DNA of 64,000 nt from an uncultured Candidatus Saccharibacteria bacterium (GTDB taxonomy: Bacteria > Patescibacteriota > Minisyncoccia > Phycocordibacterales > UBA2100): contig CAYNRJ010000001.1 of the NCBI GenBank assembly GCA_964399865.1, positions 546,285 through 610,284 on the forward strand. The letters are read 5' to 3'. The notes under the pieces were generated by a model that saw only the letters and a list, made by a program, of their open reading frames with translations, did not search any database and was not told the DNA's origin. Below are positions 33,413-43,706 of this stretch, piece after piece (position 1 is the stretch's first letter; every line of letters starts with the position of its first letter). The translations under genes were made by a program, and so were the position numbers.

Positions 33413-36277
33413 ATGTCAGCGGAAAAAGGCGATATTGCTAAGCGCGAGGAAGCCACGCTCGCGTTCTGGAACGAGCGCGAAATTTTCGCTAAAAGCCTCG
33501 CTAAAGACTCTCCAAGAGGGGAATATGTTTTTTATGATGGCCCGCCATTTGCGACGGGGCTTCCACACTACGGTCATATCGTCGCGTCAGTCATAAAGGA
33601 TGCTGTGCCGCGTTACTGGACGATGCGCGGCTATCACGTGCCGCGCGTGTGGGGCTGGGATTGTCACGGACTTCCGATTGAAAACATCGTCGAGAAAGAG
33701 CTCGGCTTCAAACACAAGAAAGACATCATCGGGATGGGCGTCGCGAAATTCAACGAGATCTGCCGTGAACGCGTGCTCACATATGCAAATGAATGGGAAA
33801 AGATAATTCCACGTATCGGCCGCTGGGCTGATATGAAGAATGCGTATCGCACGATGGATAAGCCATTCATGGAGAGTGTGTGGTGGGTTTTCAAACAACT
33901 TCACGAGAAAGGATTGGTCTACGAAGACTACCGTTCGATGCACATCTGTCCGCGTTGCGAGACGACGCTCTCACAGCAGGAAGTATCTGAAGGGTATAAG
34001 GATGTAAAAGATATTTCTGTAACAGTTAAGTTTGAGCTCATCGATGAGCCGAATACATTTCTGCTTGCGTGGACGACGACACCATGGACGCTTCCAGGCA
34101 ATGTTGCGATTGCTGTTGGAAAAGATATTACATATGCTCGAGTAGAAGATGAAGGGAATACCTATATTCTTGCCAAAGATACTCTCGAAAAGAATAAGAA
34201 AGATTTTAAGAATCCGCATGTCGTAGGAGAAGTAAAGGGGAGTGCGTTAGTAGGTAAATCATACAAACCGCCATTCGATTATTACGTGAACAACAAGTCG
34301 CTCAAGAATCATGAGAACGGCTGGAAGGTGTATCACGCGGACTTCGTAACGACCGATGCAGGTACGGGAATAGCGCACGAGGCGCCAGCCTTCGGCGCTG
34401 ATGACTGGGAGCTCTCAAGGCAGGTGAATCTGCCGTTTGTGCAGCACGTGAATATTGACGGCACATTCAGGTCGGAAGTGAAGGATTTTCCAGGGATGGA
34501 AGTAAAACCTCGCTCTGATGACGACAAGGTCCGGCTAGGTACAGATATTGCGGTCCTGAAATATCTTCAGGAGAAGGGGCTCTTTTTCTCGAAAGAAAAT
34601 ATTGTTCACTCGTATCCGCACTGTTGGCGATGTGACACACCTCTTCTTAACTACGCAACGTCATCGTGGTTCGTTTCAGTAACGAAAATAAAAGCTAACT
34701 TGCTTAAGAACGCAAAAGCGATCAACTGGTCGCCTGAACACACGAAAGAGGGGAGATTTGGAAAGTGGCTCGAGGGTGCGCGCGACTGGTCTATCTCACG
34801 CCAGAGATTTTGGGCGAGCGTCATTCCGGTGTGGGTGTGTGAGAAATGTAAAACGCAGCGAGTGTTTGGGTCAGTTACTGAACTCGAAGGGGCGAGTGGG
34901 AAGAAGGTGAATGATCTACATAAACACATTGTTGATGAAATAACGGTCGCCTGTTCCTGTGGCGGTACGATGCGTCGTATTCCCGATGTCTTAGACACAT
35001 GGTTTGACTCCGGCTCAATGCCATACGGTGAGCGACACTATCCATTCGATAATAAAGAGAAATTCGAGAAAGTGTTTCCTGCGCAGTTCATCGCAGAAGG
35101 CTTGGACCAGACGCGCGCGTGGTTCTATTACTTACACGTTCTTGCGGGCGCGCTTTTTGGAAAGAATGCATTTCAAAACGTCATCGTGAACGGGATCGTT
35201 CTCGCTGAGGATGGAAAGAAGATGTCGAAGAAGTTGAAGAATTATCCCGATCCGATGGAAATAGTCGAAAAATATGGTGCAGATGCGCTACGTTTCTACC
35301 TACTCTCATCACCTGTCGTACAGTCAGAGAACCTAAGTTTCTCGGAGAAGGGAGTCGATGAGGTGGTGAAGAAAAATATCGGCCGCCTTAACAACGTGCT
35401 CGCGTTCTATCAGCTCTACGCAAACGATACTCCTCGTGATTGGAAAAGTACGAATGTTCTTGATCGTTGGATCCTTGCCCGGCTCGATGAACTCATTCGC
35501 GAATCGACGCAGGGATTTGAGTCATACAAACTAGATTCTGCAGTACGTCCTATTACGGGATTCATAGACGACCTGTCTGTGTGGTATTTGCGCAGAAGCC
35601 GCGACCGCTTTAAAGAAGATACCGATGATAAGAAAGCGGCTCTCGCAACCCTTAGATACGTTCTCGTAGATCTTGCGCGGGTGATGGCACCCTCGATGCC
35701 ATTTCTCGCCGAGCATCTCTTCCAGGCGGTGCGTGAAGGAGAAGATGAAGAAAGTGTTCATCTCACCCTGTGGCCAGAGCCTCGCGCGACGGTGAATTTC
35801 ATCCAACGTCTTCTTGGTCGTGGAAATGATGACAAGGTTTTGATCGAAGCGATGGAAGAGGCGCGTAGTATCGTCACGCAGGCCCTGGAGGCGCGCGAGA
35901 AGGCCGGGATAAAAGTTCGCCAACCGCTCTCATCTCTTTCATTTCACAGCAGCATTAAATTATCTGAAGATCTGATTGCGATCATTGCGGAAGAAGTAAA
36001 CGTAAAGAAAGTGGAAAGAGGGGAAGGGATTCTTCTTAATACAACAATTACCGCAGAACTACGCGAGGAAGGGCAGGTGAGAGATTTCGTGCGTAGCGTA
36101 CAGAATGCTCGCAAAGAGGCGAACATGACACCGGGGGAGAAGGCACGCATCTTCTATGGTGCGGATTTCAACGAAGAAACACTCTTGAAGTATAAGGACG
36201 AGATACTAAGTGCTACGAACTCTACAGATTTCGTAAAAGGATCCGAAGATGGAGTCCGGGTAGAAAAAGTAAATTAA
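33413..36277 (+). CDS. ileS: Isoleucine--tRNA ligase
   Basis: HIGH region PHYGHI, WDCHGLPIE, KMSKKL (KMSKS), and the editing CP1 insertion; WSISRQRFWA. ATG at 33413 chosen as the start. Confidence 0.9.
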   Translation: MSAEKGDIAKREEATLAFWNEREIFAKSLAKDSPRGEYVFYDGPPFATGLPHYGHIVASVIKDAVPRYWTMRGYHVPRVWGWDCHGLPIENIVEKELGFKHKKDIIGMGVAKFNEICRERVLTYANEWEKIIPRIGRWADMKNAYRTMDKPFMESVWWVFKQLHEKGLVYEDYRSMHICPRCETTLSQQEVSEGYKDVKDISVTVKFELIDEPNTFLLAWTTTPWTLPGNVAIAVGKDITYARVEDEGNTYILAKDTLEKNKKDFKNPHVVGEVKGSALVGKSYKPPFDYYVNNKSLKNHENGWKVYHADFVTTDAGTGIAHEAPAFGADDWELSRQVNLPFVQHVNIDGTFRSEVKDFPGMEVKPRSDDDKVRLGTDIAVLKYLQEKGLFFSKENIVHSYPHCWRCDTPLLNYATSSWFVSVTKIKANLLKNAKAINWSPEHTKEGRFGKWLEGARDWSISRQRFWASVIPVWVCEKCKTQRVFGSVTELEGASGKKVNDLHKHIVDEITVACSCGGTMRRIPDVLDTWFDSGSMPYGERHYPFDNKEKFEKVFPAQFIAEGLDQTRAWFYYLHVLAGALFGKNAFQNVIVNGIVLAEDGKKMSKKLKNYPDPMEIVEKYGADALRFYLLSSPVVQSENLSFSEKGVDEVVKKNIGRLNNVLAFYQLYANDTPRDWKSTNVLDRWILARLDELIRESTQGFESYKLDSAVRPITGFIDDLSVWYLRRSRDRFKEDTDDKKAALATLRYVLVDLARVMAPSMPFLAEHLFQAVREGEDEESVHLTLWPEPRATVNFIQRLLGRGNDDKVLIEAMEEARSIVTQALEAREKAGIKVRQPLSSLSFHSSIKLSEDLIAIIAEEVNVKKVERGEGILLNTTITAELREEGQVRDFVRSVQNARKEANMTPGEKARIFYGADFNEETLLKYKDEILSATNSTDFVKGSEDGVRVEKVN

Positions 36278-36283
36278 TTCGCT

Positions 36284-36550
36284 ATGGCAACCATTGAGGA
36301 GAGACTTGCGGATATAGAACACAGAAACGAGAAGGTGGAGTCGGATAAAGGGTGGGAGACGAGTGTTGCGCGGAAGGCTCTCATTGCTACGTTTACCTAC
36401 ATTGCGATCGGAACATATATGTGGGCGATCGGTATTGATAAACCACTGTTAAACGCAATCATCCCGACTACTGGATTTATGCTCTCAACGCTGTCGATGC
36501 CTTTTTTCAAGCGAATGTGGTTGAAATATCTTTGGAATAAGGGAAAGTAG
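36284..36550 (+). CDS. Hypothetical small membrane protein
   Basis: 88 aa; two hydrophobic helices after a charged N-terminus. Confidence 0.4.
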   Translation: MATIEERLADIEHRNEKVESDKGWETSVARKALIATFTYIAIGTYMWAIGIDKPLLNAIIPTTGFMLSTLSMPFFKRMWLKYLWNKGK

Positions 36551-36554
36551 CAGC

Positions 36555-37130
36555 ATGTATCAGAAGTACCACACGGAAGCGCTTGTTCTCGGTAGTCGAG
36601 AAATAGGAGAGGCGGACCGAGTGTATTCGCTCCTTACTAAGGACTTCGGCTTTATTAAAGCGCGGGCTTCTTCTGTAAGAAAGGAAGTATCTCGAATGCG
36701 ATACGCTCTCCAGAATTATTCGCATGTGAACATCTCGCTCGTGAGAGGGAAAAGGGGATGGCGCGTTGCGGGTGCTTCGACGATCAAATCTGCGGTGGGC
36801 GACAAGGAAAACATCAGTGTCTTTGGGCGTGTCTCGGAGCTGACAGAGAGACTTCTCGCTGGAGAGGAAGAAAATCAGTACCTTTTTTCAGCTCTCGCGG
36901 ATGCACACGATGCACTCATGCGAGAGGGGGAGTGTCCCGCACGTGCCACGATTGAAATCGTCTGCGTTGCGCGCATATTGTACGCACTCGGCTACATTTC
37001 GACCGAAGCGCATGCCACAGCGCTATTTACACACACTGCATACTCAGACGAATTCTTACGTGAAGCGGAGACGATCAAAGACAAACTCTTGTCTTCTATT
37101 AATAGGGCGATAACAGAGACTCATCTCTAG
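36555..37130 (+). CDS. recO: DNA repair protein RecO (short form)
   Basis: 191 aa; N-terminal OB fold TEALVLGSREIGEADRVYSLLTKDFGFIKARASSVRK matches the RecO pattern (E.ivL......ge.d.i...lt...G...a.akgarrs). Confidence 0.65.
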   Translation: MYQKYHTEALVLGSREIGEADRVYSLLTKDFGFIKARASSVRKEVSRMRYALQNYSHVNISLVRGKRGWRVAGASTIKSAVGDKENISVFGRVSELTERLLAGEEENQYLFSALADAHDALMREGECPARATIEIVCVARILYALGYISTEAHATALFTHTAYSDEFLREAETIKDKLLSSINRAITETHL

Positions 37131-37175
37131 TGTGGGTAGCAATTCGAAGAGCTGTGCCGGTGTATAATTGTCCGA

Positions 37176-39134
37176 ATGGACCCTCAGCCTGAGCATCTCG
37201 ATCACGAGAAAGAGAAAATAGAGCGCTTAAGGCGCGCCATGTACTCACGCGAACTTTCGGGTCAGATAAAAGATCGACCGCGTCATACGATGGAATCAAC
37301 GAACCCCACCGTTGGTGATGACTGGAAACGACCTGAGCCGGAACTTAAGACTATGAGCGTTGCTCCGCGCACGATTGCCATTGCTCGCTCTGCGCTTCGC
37401 TGGATGCTTGTCGCCGCGGTTGTCTTTTTTATTGCCGCCCTGGGATTTCTCGCATACTACTTTACGATCGGGGGCGGCGCATCGCCTTCTTCTCCGGGAA
37501 ATATTGATGTCGTTATCTCGGGACCACTCCAGGTTGCTGGTGGAGAACCGACCCAGCTCCAAATCACCGTCACGAATCGTAATAAAGTCGCACTTCAATT
37601 GGCGGATCTTGTGATCACCTACCCACAGGGAACTCGTTCTCCCTTGGATCTTGTTACGGATCTATCGAGTCAGCGCATATCGCTCGGGGATATCGAGCCG
37701 GGAGGAAGAAGGCAAGGTACGGTCTCCGCCGTATTTTCTGGAGGCGTAAATACTTCTGCGAAGGTGAATGCGGAACTTGAATATCGCCTGCAAGGCTCAA
37801 GCGCAATTTTCGTTGCGTCAGGAACATACGATGCAGCCTTTAGTGCAGCAGCACTCGCCGTGTCTGTCGAAGGGAACACGGAGACAGTATCCGGGCAACC
37901 AGTCGAATTTACCGTGACGGTCACTTCCAATGCGAACGCGCCCGTCAAAGACGTTCTGCTATCAGCGGGATTTCCTTTTGGTTTCTCGTTCTCGAGCGCA
38001 ACACCGAAGCCAACTCAGGGTACATTTTGGGAACTAGGAGATATTGCACCTGGGCAGAAAAAAGAAATTATCGTGAGAGGTACGTTAACGGGTGAAAGTG
38101 CAGATGAACGTGTGTTCCGATTCACGACGGGGACGAGAAAGAGTGCTCAGGATTCAAGTATCTCAACGACACTGGCAGAGAGCTCGTTTCCTATAAAGAT
38201 CTCTGAACCGTTCTTAGGACTCTCTGTGTCCGTGGGCGGGAGGTCGGATCCGAAGGCGGTGGTGGCTCCAGGAGAAACGGTAAACGTGACTATCAATTGG
38301 GAAAATAATCTTCGTACCGCTATTACGGATGCTGTCATTGTTGCACGTCTATCAGGTCTCCAGATCGACGGCACAGCGATAAAGACCTCTACGGGCTTCT
38401 TCCGCTCGACTGACGGAACGATCATTTGGGACAAGACAACAACAGCGGGAGATCTTGGAAATCTCGCGGCAGGAGCGCGCGGTAGTGTCGGCTTCACCGT
38501 CCGTATTCCTCCAAGCACCAGCTTAGGAGGTCTTCGTGAGCCATCACTTACGATCACCGTAAATGCGGGGGGTAAGAGAGTCTCAGAGGAAGGTGTGCCA
38601 GAAAATCTACAAGCTACAGCACTGCAGAGAATTGACGTGACGACCTCGCTCACCGCGACCTCGCAGGGTCTCTATTATGCGAATCCATTTGGAAGCGTCG
38701 GGCCTCTTCCACCGAAAAGTGGGGTCGAGACAACCTATGGAGTTGTATTTACACTCACGAATACAACAAATGCGATTGAAAACGCAAAGTTAACCGCGTC
38801 GCTGCCTCCGTACGTGCGTTGGACCGGAGTCTACAGTCCATCCGGTGAAAAGCTCACATTCAATCAGAGCGACGGAACGATCACTTGGGATATCGGCACG
38901 ATAAACCCTGGGGTAGGCCTCAGCGGAACCCTTCCGAGACAAGCTGCAATTTCTGTTGGCTTTACCCCGTCCACAAGTCAGATAGGACAAAGTCCTCCGC
39001 TCGTTCAAAACATCAGACTTGTCGGAACAGATGCGACTACAGGTGTATCCGTCAATCGTTCGCTTAAAGATGTGACGACAAACATCGTTGGGGACGCCGG
39101 TTTCAACTCCTCCGAGGCCACTGTTGTTAGATAA
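37176..39134 (+). CDS. Membrane-anchored surface protein with repeated beta-sandwich (DUF11/CARDB-like) domains
   Basis: 652 aa; an approximately 80-aa charged N-terminus, a TM helix (LRWMLVAAVVFFIAALGFLAYYF), then Ser/Thr/Gly/Val-rich repeated beta domains (GEPTQLQITVTNRNKVALQLADLVITYPQG...). Confidence 0.55.
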   Translation: MDPQPEHLDHEKEKIERLRRAMYSRELSGQIKDRPRHTMESTNPTVGDDWKRPEPELKTMSVAPRTIAIARSALRWMLVAAVVFFIAALGFLAYYFTIGGGASPSSPGNIDVVISGPLQVAGGEPTQLQITVTNRNKVALQLADLVITYPQGTRSPLDLVTDLSSQRISLGDIEPGGRRQGTVSAVFSGGVNTSAKVNAELEYRLQGSSAIFVASGTYDAAFSAAALAVSVEGNTETVSGQPVEFTVTVTSNANAPVKDVLLSAGFPFGFSFSSATPKPTQGTFWELGDIAPGQKKEIIVRGTLTGESADERVFRFTTGTRKSAQDSSISTTLAESSFPIKISEPFLGLSVSVGGRSDPKAVVAPGETVNVTINWENNLRTAITDAVIVARLSGLQIDGTAIKTSTGFFRSTDGTIIWDKTTTAGDLGNLAAGARGSVGFTVRIPPSTSLGGLREPSLTITVNAGGKRVSEEGVPENLQATALQRIDVTTSLTATSQGLYYANPFGSVGPLPPKSGVETTYGVVFTLTNTTNAIENAKLTASLPPYVRWTGVYSPSGEKLTFNQSDGTITWDIGTINPGVGLSGTLPRQAAISVGFTPSTSQIGQSPPLVQNIRLVGTDATTGVSVNRSLKDVTTNIVGDAGFNSSEATVVR

Positions 39135-39176
39135 AAGTGTGTAGTATGGTGTACGTCGTTCACCCAAGAAATTTGT

Positions 39177-40469
39177 ATGTCTGAAGTAACAATGGAACAG
39201 ATAATCTCGCTCGCTAAGCGGCGAGGTTTTATATACCCTGGAAGCGAGATTTACGGCGGTCTTTCAGGTACCTGGGACTACGGACCTCTCGGTGTTGCCC
39301 TCAAAAACAATATAAAAAACATCTGGTGGCGGATGAATGTCCTGGAACGTGATGATATGTACGGGGTAGATGCCGCCATCCTCATGAATCCAAAAGTATG
39401 GGAAGCGAGCGGTCACGTCGCAGGTTTTGCTGACCCACTCGTTGAATGCAGTAAATGCAAGAAACGTTTCCGAGAGGACCATCTGGTGGATAAAAAGAAG
39501 TGTCCGGAATGTGGTGGCGCACTCGGAGAGGCGAGACAATTTAATATGATGTTTAAGACCGAGATCGGTGCATCCGATGGCGGAATCTCGTACCTACGTC
39601 CGGAAACAGCAGGAGGTATCTTTGTAAACTTTAAGAATGTTGTCGACTCATTTCATCCAAAACTATCTTTCGGTATTGCCCAAATTGGAAAAGCGTTCAG
39701 AAATGAAATCGCGCCACGAGATTTTATCTTCCGCGTGAGAGAGTTGGAACAGATGGAAATCGAATATTTTGTCCGCCCAGGCGAATGGAAAGAGAAGTTC
39801 GAGGCGTGGCGAGATGAAGTGTACCGATTTACAGATGTGGTAGGTATTTCTCGTTCCTCAGTCCATGAATTGGAGGTCGCTGACGGTGATCGCGCGCACT
39901 ACTCAAAACGCACGATAGATTTTGAGTTTGATTTTCCATTCGGTCGCAAAGAGTTGTACGGCCTCGCGTATCGTACGGATTTTGATCTCTCTGCTCACTC
40001 GAAAGCGTCAGGAGTGGATCTTAAGATGGTAGACGAAGAGGGGAAGGAGCCTATCACTCCCCATGTCATCGAGCCGTCGTTCGGTGTTGATAGAACCATG
40101 CTTGCACTCCTCGTGTCTGCCTACACAGAAGATGAGCTCGGAGGAGAGAAACGCACGTACCTCAAATTTAATTCTGCAGTTGCTCCCATTAAAGCGGCTG
40201 TATTCCCACTTCTTAAGAACAAACCAGAACTTGTCGCAAAAGCTCGCGCTGTGTACTCGGAACTTAAGAAGATCGTTCCGGAGATCATGTGGGACGACAA
40301 TGGCAACATAGGAAAGCGCTACCGCCGCCAGGATGAGATAGGAACGCCTGCTTGTATCACGATCGACTTCGACACCCTTGAGAACGATACCGTCACTGTG
40401 CGGAATAGAGATACGGGAGTGCAGGTTCGTGTGCCGATCGGGGAGCTGCCGGGCATCATTAAGGCGTAA
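39177..40469 (+). CDS. glyQS: Glycine--tRNA ligase (alpha2 dimeric type)
   Basis: 430 aa; IISLAKRRGFIYPGSEIYGGLSGTWDYGPLG...YLRPETAGGIFVNFKNV...GIAQIGKAFRNEIAPR is near-identical to characterised dimeric GlyRS motifs. Confidence 0.9.
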   Translation: MSEVTMEQIISLAKRRGFIYPGSEIYGGLSGTWDYGPLGVALKNNIKNIWWRMNVLERDDMYGVDAAILMNPKVWEASGHVAGFADPLVECSKCKKRFREDHLVDKKKCPECGGALGEARQFNMMFKTEIGASDGGISYLRPETAGGIFVNFKNVVDSFHPKLSFGIAQIGKAFRNEIAPRDFIFRVRELEQMEIEYFVRPGEWKEKFEAWRDEVYRFTDVVGISRSSVHELEVADGDRAHYSKRTIDFEFDFPFGRKELYGLAYRTDFDLSAHSKASGVDLKMVDEEGKEPITPHVIEPSFGVDRTMLALLVSAYTEDELGGEKRTYLKFNSAVAPIKAAVFPLLKNKPELVAKARAVYSELKKIVPEIMWDDNGNIGKRYRRQDEIGTPACITIDFDTLENDTVTVRNRDTGVQVRVPIGELPGIIKA

Positions 40470-40502
40470 TTCTCCCTCTATACTTGTGCTACGATACGGG
40501 CA

Positions 40503-41567
40503 ATGGATGGTCGTCCGGTCACTATCGCAATAACCGCGGGCACAGTCATTAAAGCCGTACTTGTTCTTGCGGGCGCATGGCTTCTTTTCCAGATGCACGA
40601 ACTCGTTCTCGTGCTTCTCACCGCGATCGTCATTGCTTCTGCAATTGAGCCGGGCGTAGAGGCCCTAGCTAAAAGGAGAATTCCCCGCGTTTTGGCGATA
40701 CTTGCGATATACTTACTCCTCCTCGGCTCTTTCTTCTGCATCTTTTTCTTCTTCGTCCCGTCCTTTTTTGAAGACCTGCGTGCGCTCCTCGTTTCGTTAC
40801 CGTTATACCTCGAGACTATAAATAGTTGGGGAGGGTTCGATCAATATGCACAGCTATTTGGCACAGAGACAGTTCCCGAAGTTACCTCAAATGGCCTGCT
40901 CGAAAGCGTAGGAAATTTCCTAGGAACAGCGGGTATGTACGGTAACGCATTTACCGCTCTCGCAAACATTTTCGGAGGCGTCCTCTCATTCGTGCTCGTA
41001 ATAGTATTTTCGTTCTACTTTGCGGTCATTCGAACGGGGGTAGATGATTTCCTACAGATCGTTACTCCAAAAAGGTACAAGATATACATTTTGGATTTGT
41101 GGGAGCGCTCAAGAAAGAAGATCGGCTTATGGATGCAGGGACAACTACTTCTTGCTGTTATCGTAGGAGTTCTTGTATATCTCGGACTTACCATTCTTGG
41201 TGTTAAACACGCGCTCATTCTTGCAGTCATAGCAGCGGTATTTGAAATAATTCCGGTCTTCGGACCCATTTTGGCCGCGGTACCGGCAATTGCGATCGCA
41301 CTCGTTTCCGGTGGATTTTCTCTTGGCTTTCTCACCCTTGCTTGGTACCTCATCGTCCAGCAGTTTGAAAATCACCTCATCTATCCGCTCGTTGTGACAA
41401 GGGTCGTGGGAGTGCCGCCGCTTCTTGTCATTATCGCGCTTCTTGTGGGAGGACAGCTTGCGGGGTTCCTTGGCGTTGTACTCTCCGTGCCAGTTGTTGC
41501 AATCATCCAGGAATTCGTTAAGGATATCAGGGAAGGGCGCGTGTTTGCTTCGCCCGGAGTAGAGTAG
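40503..41567 (+). CDS. AI-2E family transporter (UPF0118/PerM-like permease)
   Basis: 354 aa; 8 TM helices and the conserved ...VPEVF.IIPVFGPILAAVPAIAIAL... pattern. Confidence 0.8.
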   Translation: MDGRPVTIAITAGTVIKAVLVLAGAWLLFQMHELVLVLLTAIVIASAIEPGVEALAKRRIPRVLAILAIYLLLLGSFFCIFFFFVPSFFEDLRALLVSLPLYLETINSWGGFDQYAQLFGTETVPEVTSNGLLESVGNFLGTAGMYGNAFTALANIFGGVLSFVLVIVFSFYFAVIRTGVDDFLQIVTPKRYKIYILDLWERSRKKIGLWMQGQLLLAVIVGVLVYLGLTILGVKHALILAVIAAVFEIIPVFGPILAAVPAIAIALVSGGFSLGFLTLAWYLIVQQFENHLIYPLVVTRVVGVPPLLVIIALLVGGQLAGFLGVVLSVPVVAIIQEFVKDIREGRVFASPGVE

Positions 41568-41588
41568 AGAGGTAGAGCGTACTCACGC

Positions 41589-43034
41589 ATGAAAAAAGCA
41601 TTTTATTTAACGACGACACTGCCGTATGTGAACGCCGATCCGCATATCGGCTTCGCGCTAGAAATGGTGCAAGCGGATATACTGGTCCGCTACCGAGCTT
41701 TTCTTGGTGATGATGTGTTTTTCAACACGGGAACAGATGAGCATGGGCTCAAGATTTATAAGAAGGCCGAAGAGGAGGGGAAAGAGGTGCAGGAATATGT
41801 GGATGGATACGCAGCAAAATTTAAAGGCCTGAAAGAAAAACTTGGTCTCTATGACGGAATTCATTTCATCCGAACTACGGATACAAATCACGTAGCGGCC
41901 GCACAAGAGATGTGGAGGCGCTGCGCTCAAAATGTAGGTCCCGAGGGTCCAGATATCTATAAAAAGACGTATAAGGGCCTATATTGCGTGGGGGACGAGG
42001 CTTTTATGCGTGAGAGCGATCTCGTAAACGGCAAGTGTCCGAATCATCCAAATATGGACCTCATGGAGATTGAGGAAGAGAATTATTTCTTTCGCCTGAG
42101 TAGGTACCAAGAAAAGCTAATTGAATATCTGAAGAGGGAGGGAGTCGTTGTTCCTGATTGGCGTAGATTAGAGGCAATCGACTTCGTAAAGCGAGGCTTA
42201 GAGGATTTTAGTATTTCCCGTGTGAAAGAAAAAATGCCGTGGGGAGTTCCAGTTCCCGGCGATGAATCTCAAGTCATGTACGTATGGTTCGACGCGCTCA
42301 CAAATTACATTTCAACATTGGGATGGCCGGAAGATACAGAGGGGAACTATAAGAAGTTCTGGCAGGATGGCTTTACGCTCCAGGTGGCAGGTAAGGATCA
42401 GGTGCGATTCCAGTCTGTTATGTGGCAGGCGATGCTCATGTCCGCGGGACTCGAAGGGACGAAACAAGTCTTCTATCACGGCTTCGTGACGAGCGGCGGA
42501 CAGAAAATGTCTAAGTCTCTCGGGAATGTTATTGACCCAATAGCGATCGTAGAAGAATACGGCGTGGATGCTCTTCGGTATTTCCTTACACGCCACGTCC
42601 ATCCTTTTGAAGACTCCGATGTGACGATTGGGCGTTTTAAAGAGTCCTATAACGCTGATCTTGCGAATGGTCTCGGGAATGTCGTTGCGCGTATTATGCA
42701 GCTCGCTGAAACAAATCTACGCGAGCCAGTGAAAGTGGAATTTACTCCATATCCTGAGGAATTCTTGTCGGCGCTCCAAAAGTATGAATTTAATCGTGCG
42801 ACGCAGTACATCTGGCAACGAATTCAAGACCTCGATGGAAAAATAACTACAACTGCGCCATTTAAGGTGGTGAAAAGCGACCCGGAGAAAGGAAAGGAGC
42901 TCATCGCGGAACTCGTACGTGAGCTCGCGGCAATAGATCTCATGTTGGAGCCTATTCTTCCAACAACGAGCAAAATCATCATCGAGGCGATCATGGTCAA
43001 CAAGAAACCGACGAATCTTTTTTTGCGAAAATAG
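41589..43034 (+). CDS. metG: Methionine--tRNA ligase (short form without the C-terminal dimerisation domain)
   Basis: 481 aa; YVNADPHIGFA (HIGH-like), Zn knuckle CPNHP, KMSKSLGNVIDP. Confidence 0.9.
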   Translation: MKKAFYLTTTLPYVNADPHIGFALEMVQADILVRYRAFLGDDVFFNTGTDEHGLKIYKKAEEEGKEVQEYVDGYAAKFKGLKEKLGLYDGIHFIRTTDTNHVAAAQEMWRRCAQNVGPEGPDIYKKTYKGLYCVGDEAFMRESDLVNGKCPNHPNMDLMEIEEENYFFRLSRYQEKLIEYLKREGVVVPDWRRLEAIDFVKRGLEDFSISRVKEKMPWGVPVPGDESQVMYVWFDALTNYISTLGWPEDTEGNYKKFWQDGFTLQVAGKDQVRFQSVMWQAMLMSAGLEGTKQVFYHGFVTSGGQKMSKSLGNVIDPIAIVEEYGVDALRYFLTRHVHPFEDSDVTIGRFKESYNADLANGLGNVVARIMQLAETNLREPVKVEFTPYPEEFLSALQKYEFNRATQYIWQRIQDLDGKITTTAPFKVVKSDPEKGKELIAELVRELAAIDLMLEPILPTTSKIIIEAIMVNKKPTNLFLRK

Positions 43035-43037
43035 TAT

Positions 43038-43706
43038 ATGGAGGGGGTCACAAATAATCCAAAGGACTTTATTGAACGGCAATTTAAAGATGGTGTTGCG
43101 GAGCCAGAAGCTCCAACGGAATTTCTCTTGAAACTTCTTGGTCGCACAAAAGATGATCCATATACTGCGCTTCCCGCGGAAGCAGTAGCAGAAGGAGAGG
43201 CGGCAGATTCATTGCGGGCAAAACTTCCAGAAAGAAGGGCCCGAATGGAACGGGCGTTTGCGCAGATGTCGGACGTTTCCGCAGAGATCCTCGCTGCATA
43301 CGGCGAAGCATGTAAGACCGTAGGATTTACTCCAGGAGAAGTTCGCATGTATATAGTTGGTGGAAGGGTCCGTGAAAAGCCACTTCTACATACTAGCGAT
43401 ATTGATGTTGTGTTTACAACGAAAAATGCAAAGGAAGGGCTTCAGCCAGATTTTTCCAGCGATGATCCTGATCTTGTGAAAAGGAAACAGAAAGCGCGCG
43501 CGGAGTTTGTTAAGCTCATTCCCGCTATTCTCGAGAAGTATGATTTACTCGAACGTGATTCTGAGGGAAATGTAGAAGGGTGGTTTTTAGAGCCAAAGGG
43601 GTATGGTTCTTCAGAAGCGGAAACCAGGAAAAAGTGGACTGAGCAGCCCGAAGAGTCGGGGCGCAAACGCATTGCTATACTCGTAAATACTGTTTCTATC
43701 TCATGA
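43038..43706 (+). CDS. Hypothetical protein with a Pol-beta-superfamily nucleotidyltransferase core
   Basis: 222 aa; GGRVREKPLLHTSDIDVVF fits G[GS]x9-13DhDh. Overlaps the metG stop region and the tatD start; flanking N- and C-terminal regions unassigned. Confidence 0.45.
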   Translation: MEGVTNNPKDFIERQFKDGVAEPEAPTEFLLKLLGRTKDDPYTALPAEAVAEGEAADSLRAKLPERRARMERAFAQMSDVSAEILAAYGEACKTVGFTPGEVRMYIVGGRVREKPLLHTSDIDVVFTTKNAKEGLQPDFSSDDPDLVKRKQKARAEFVKLIPAILEKYDLLERDSEGNVEGWFLEPKGYGSSEAETRKKWTEQPEESGRKRIAILVNTVSIS

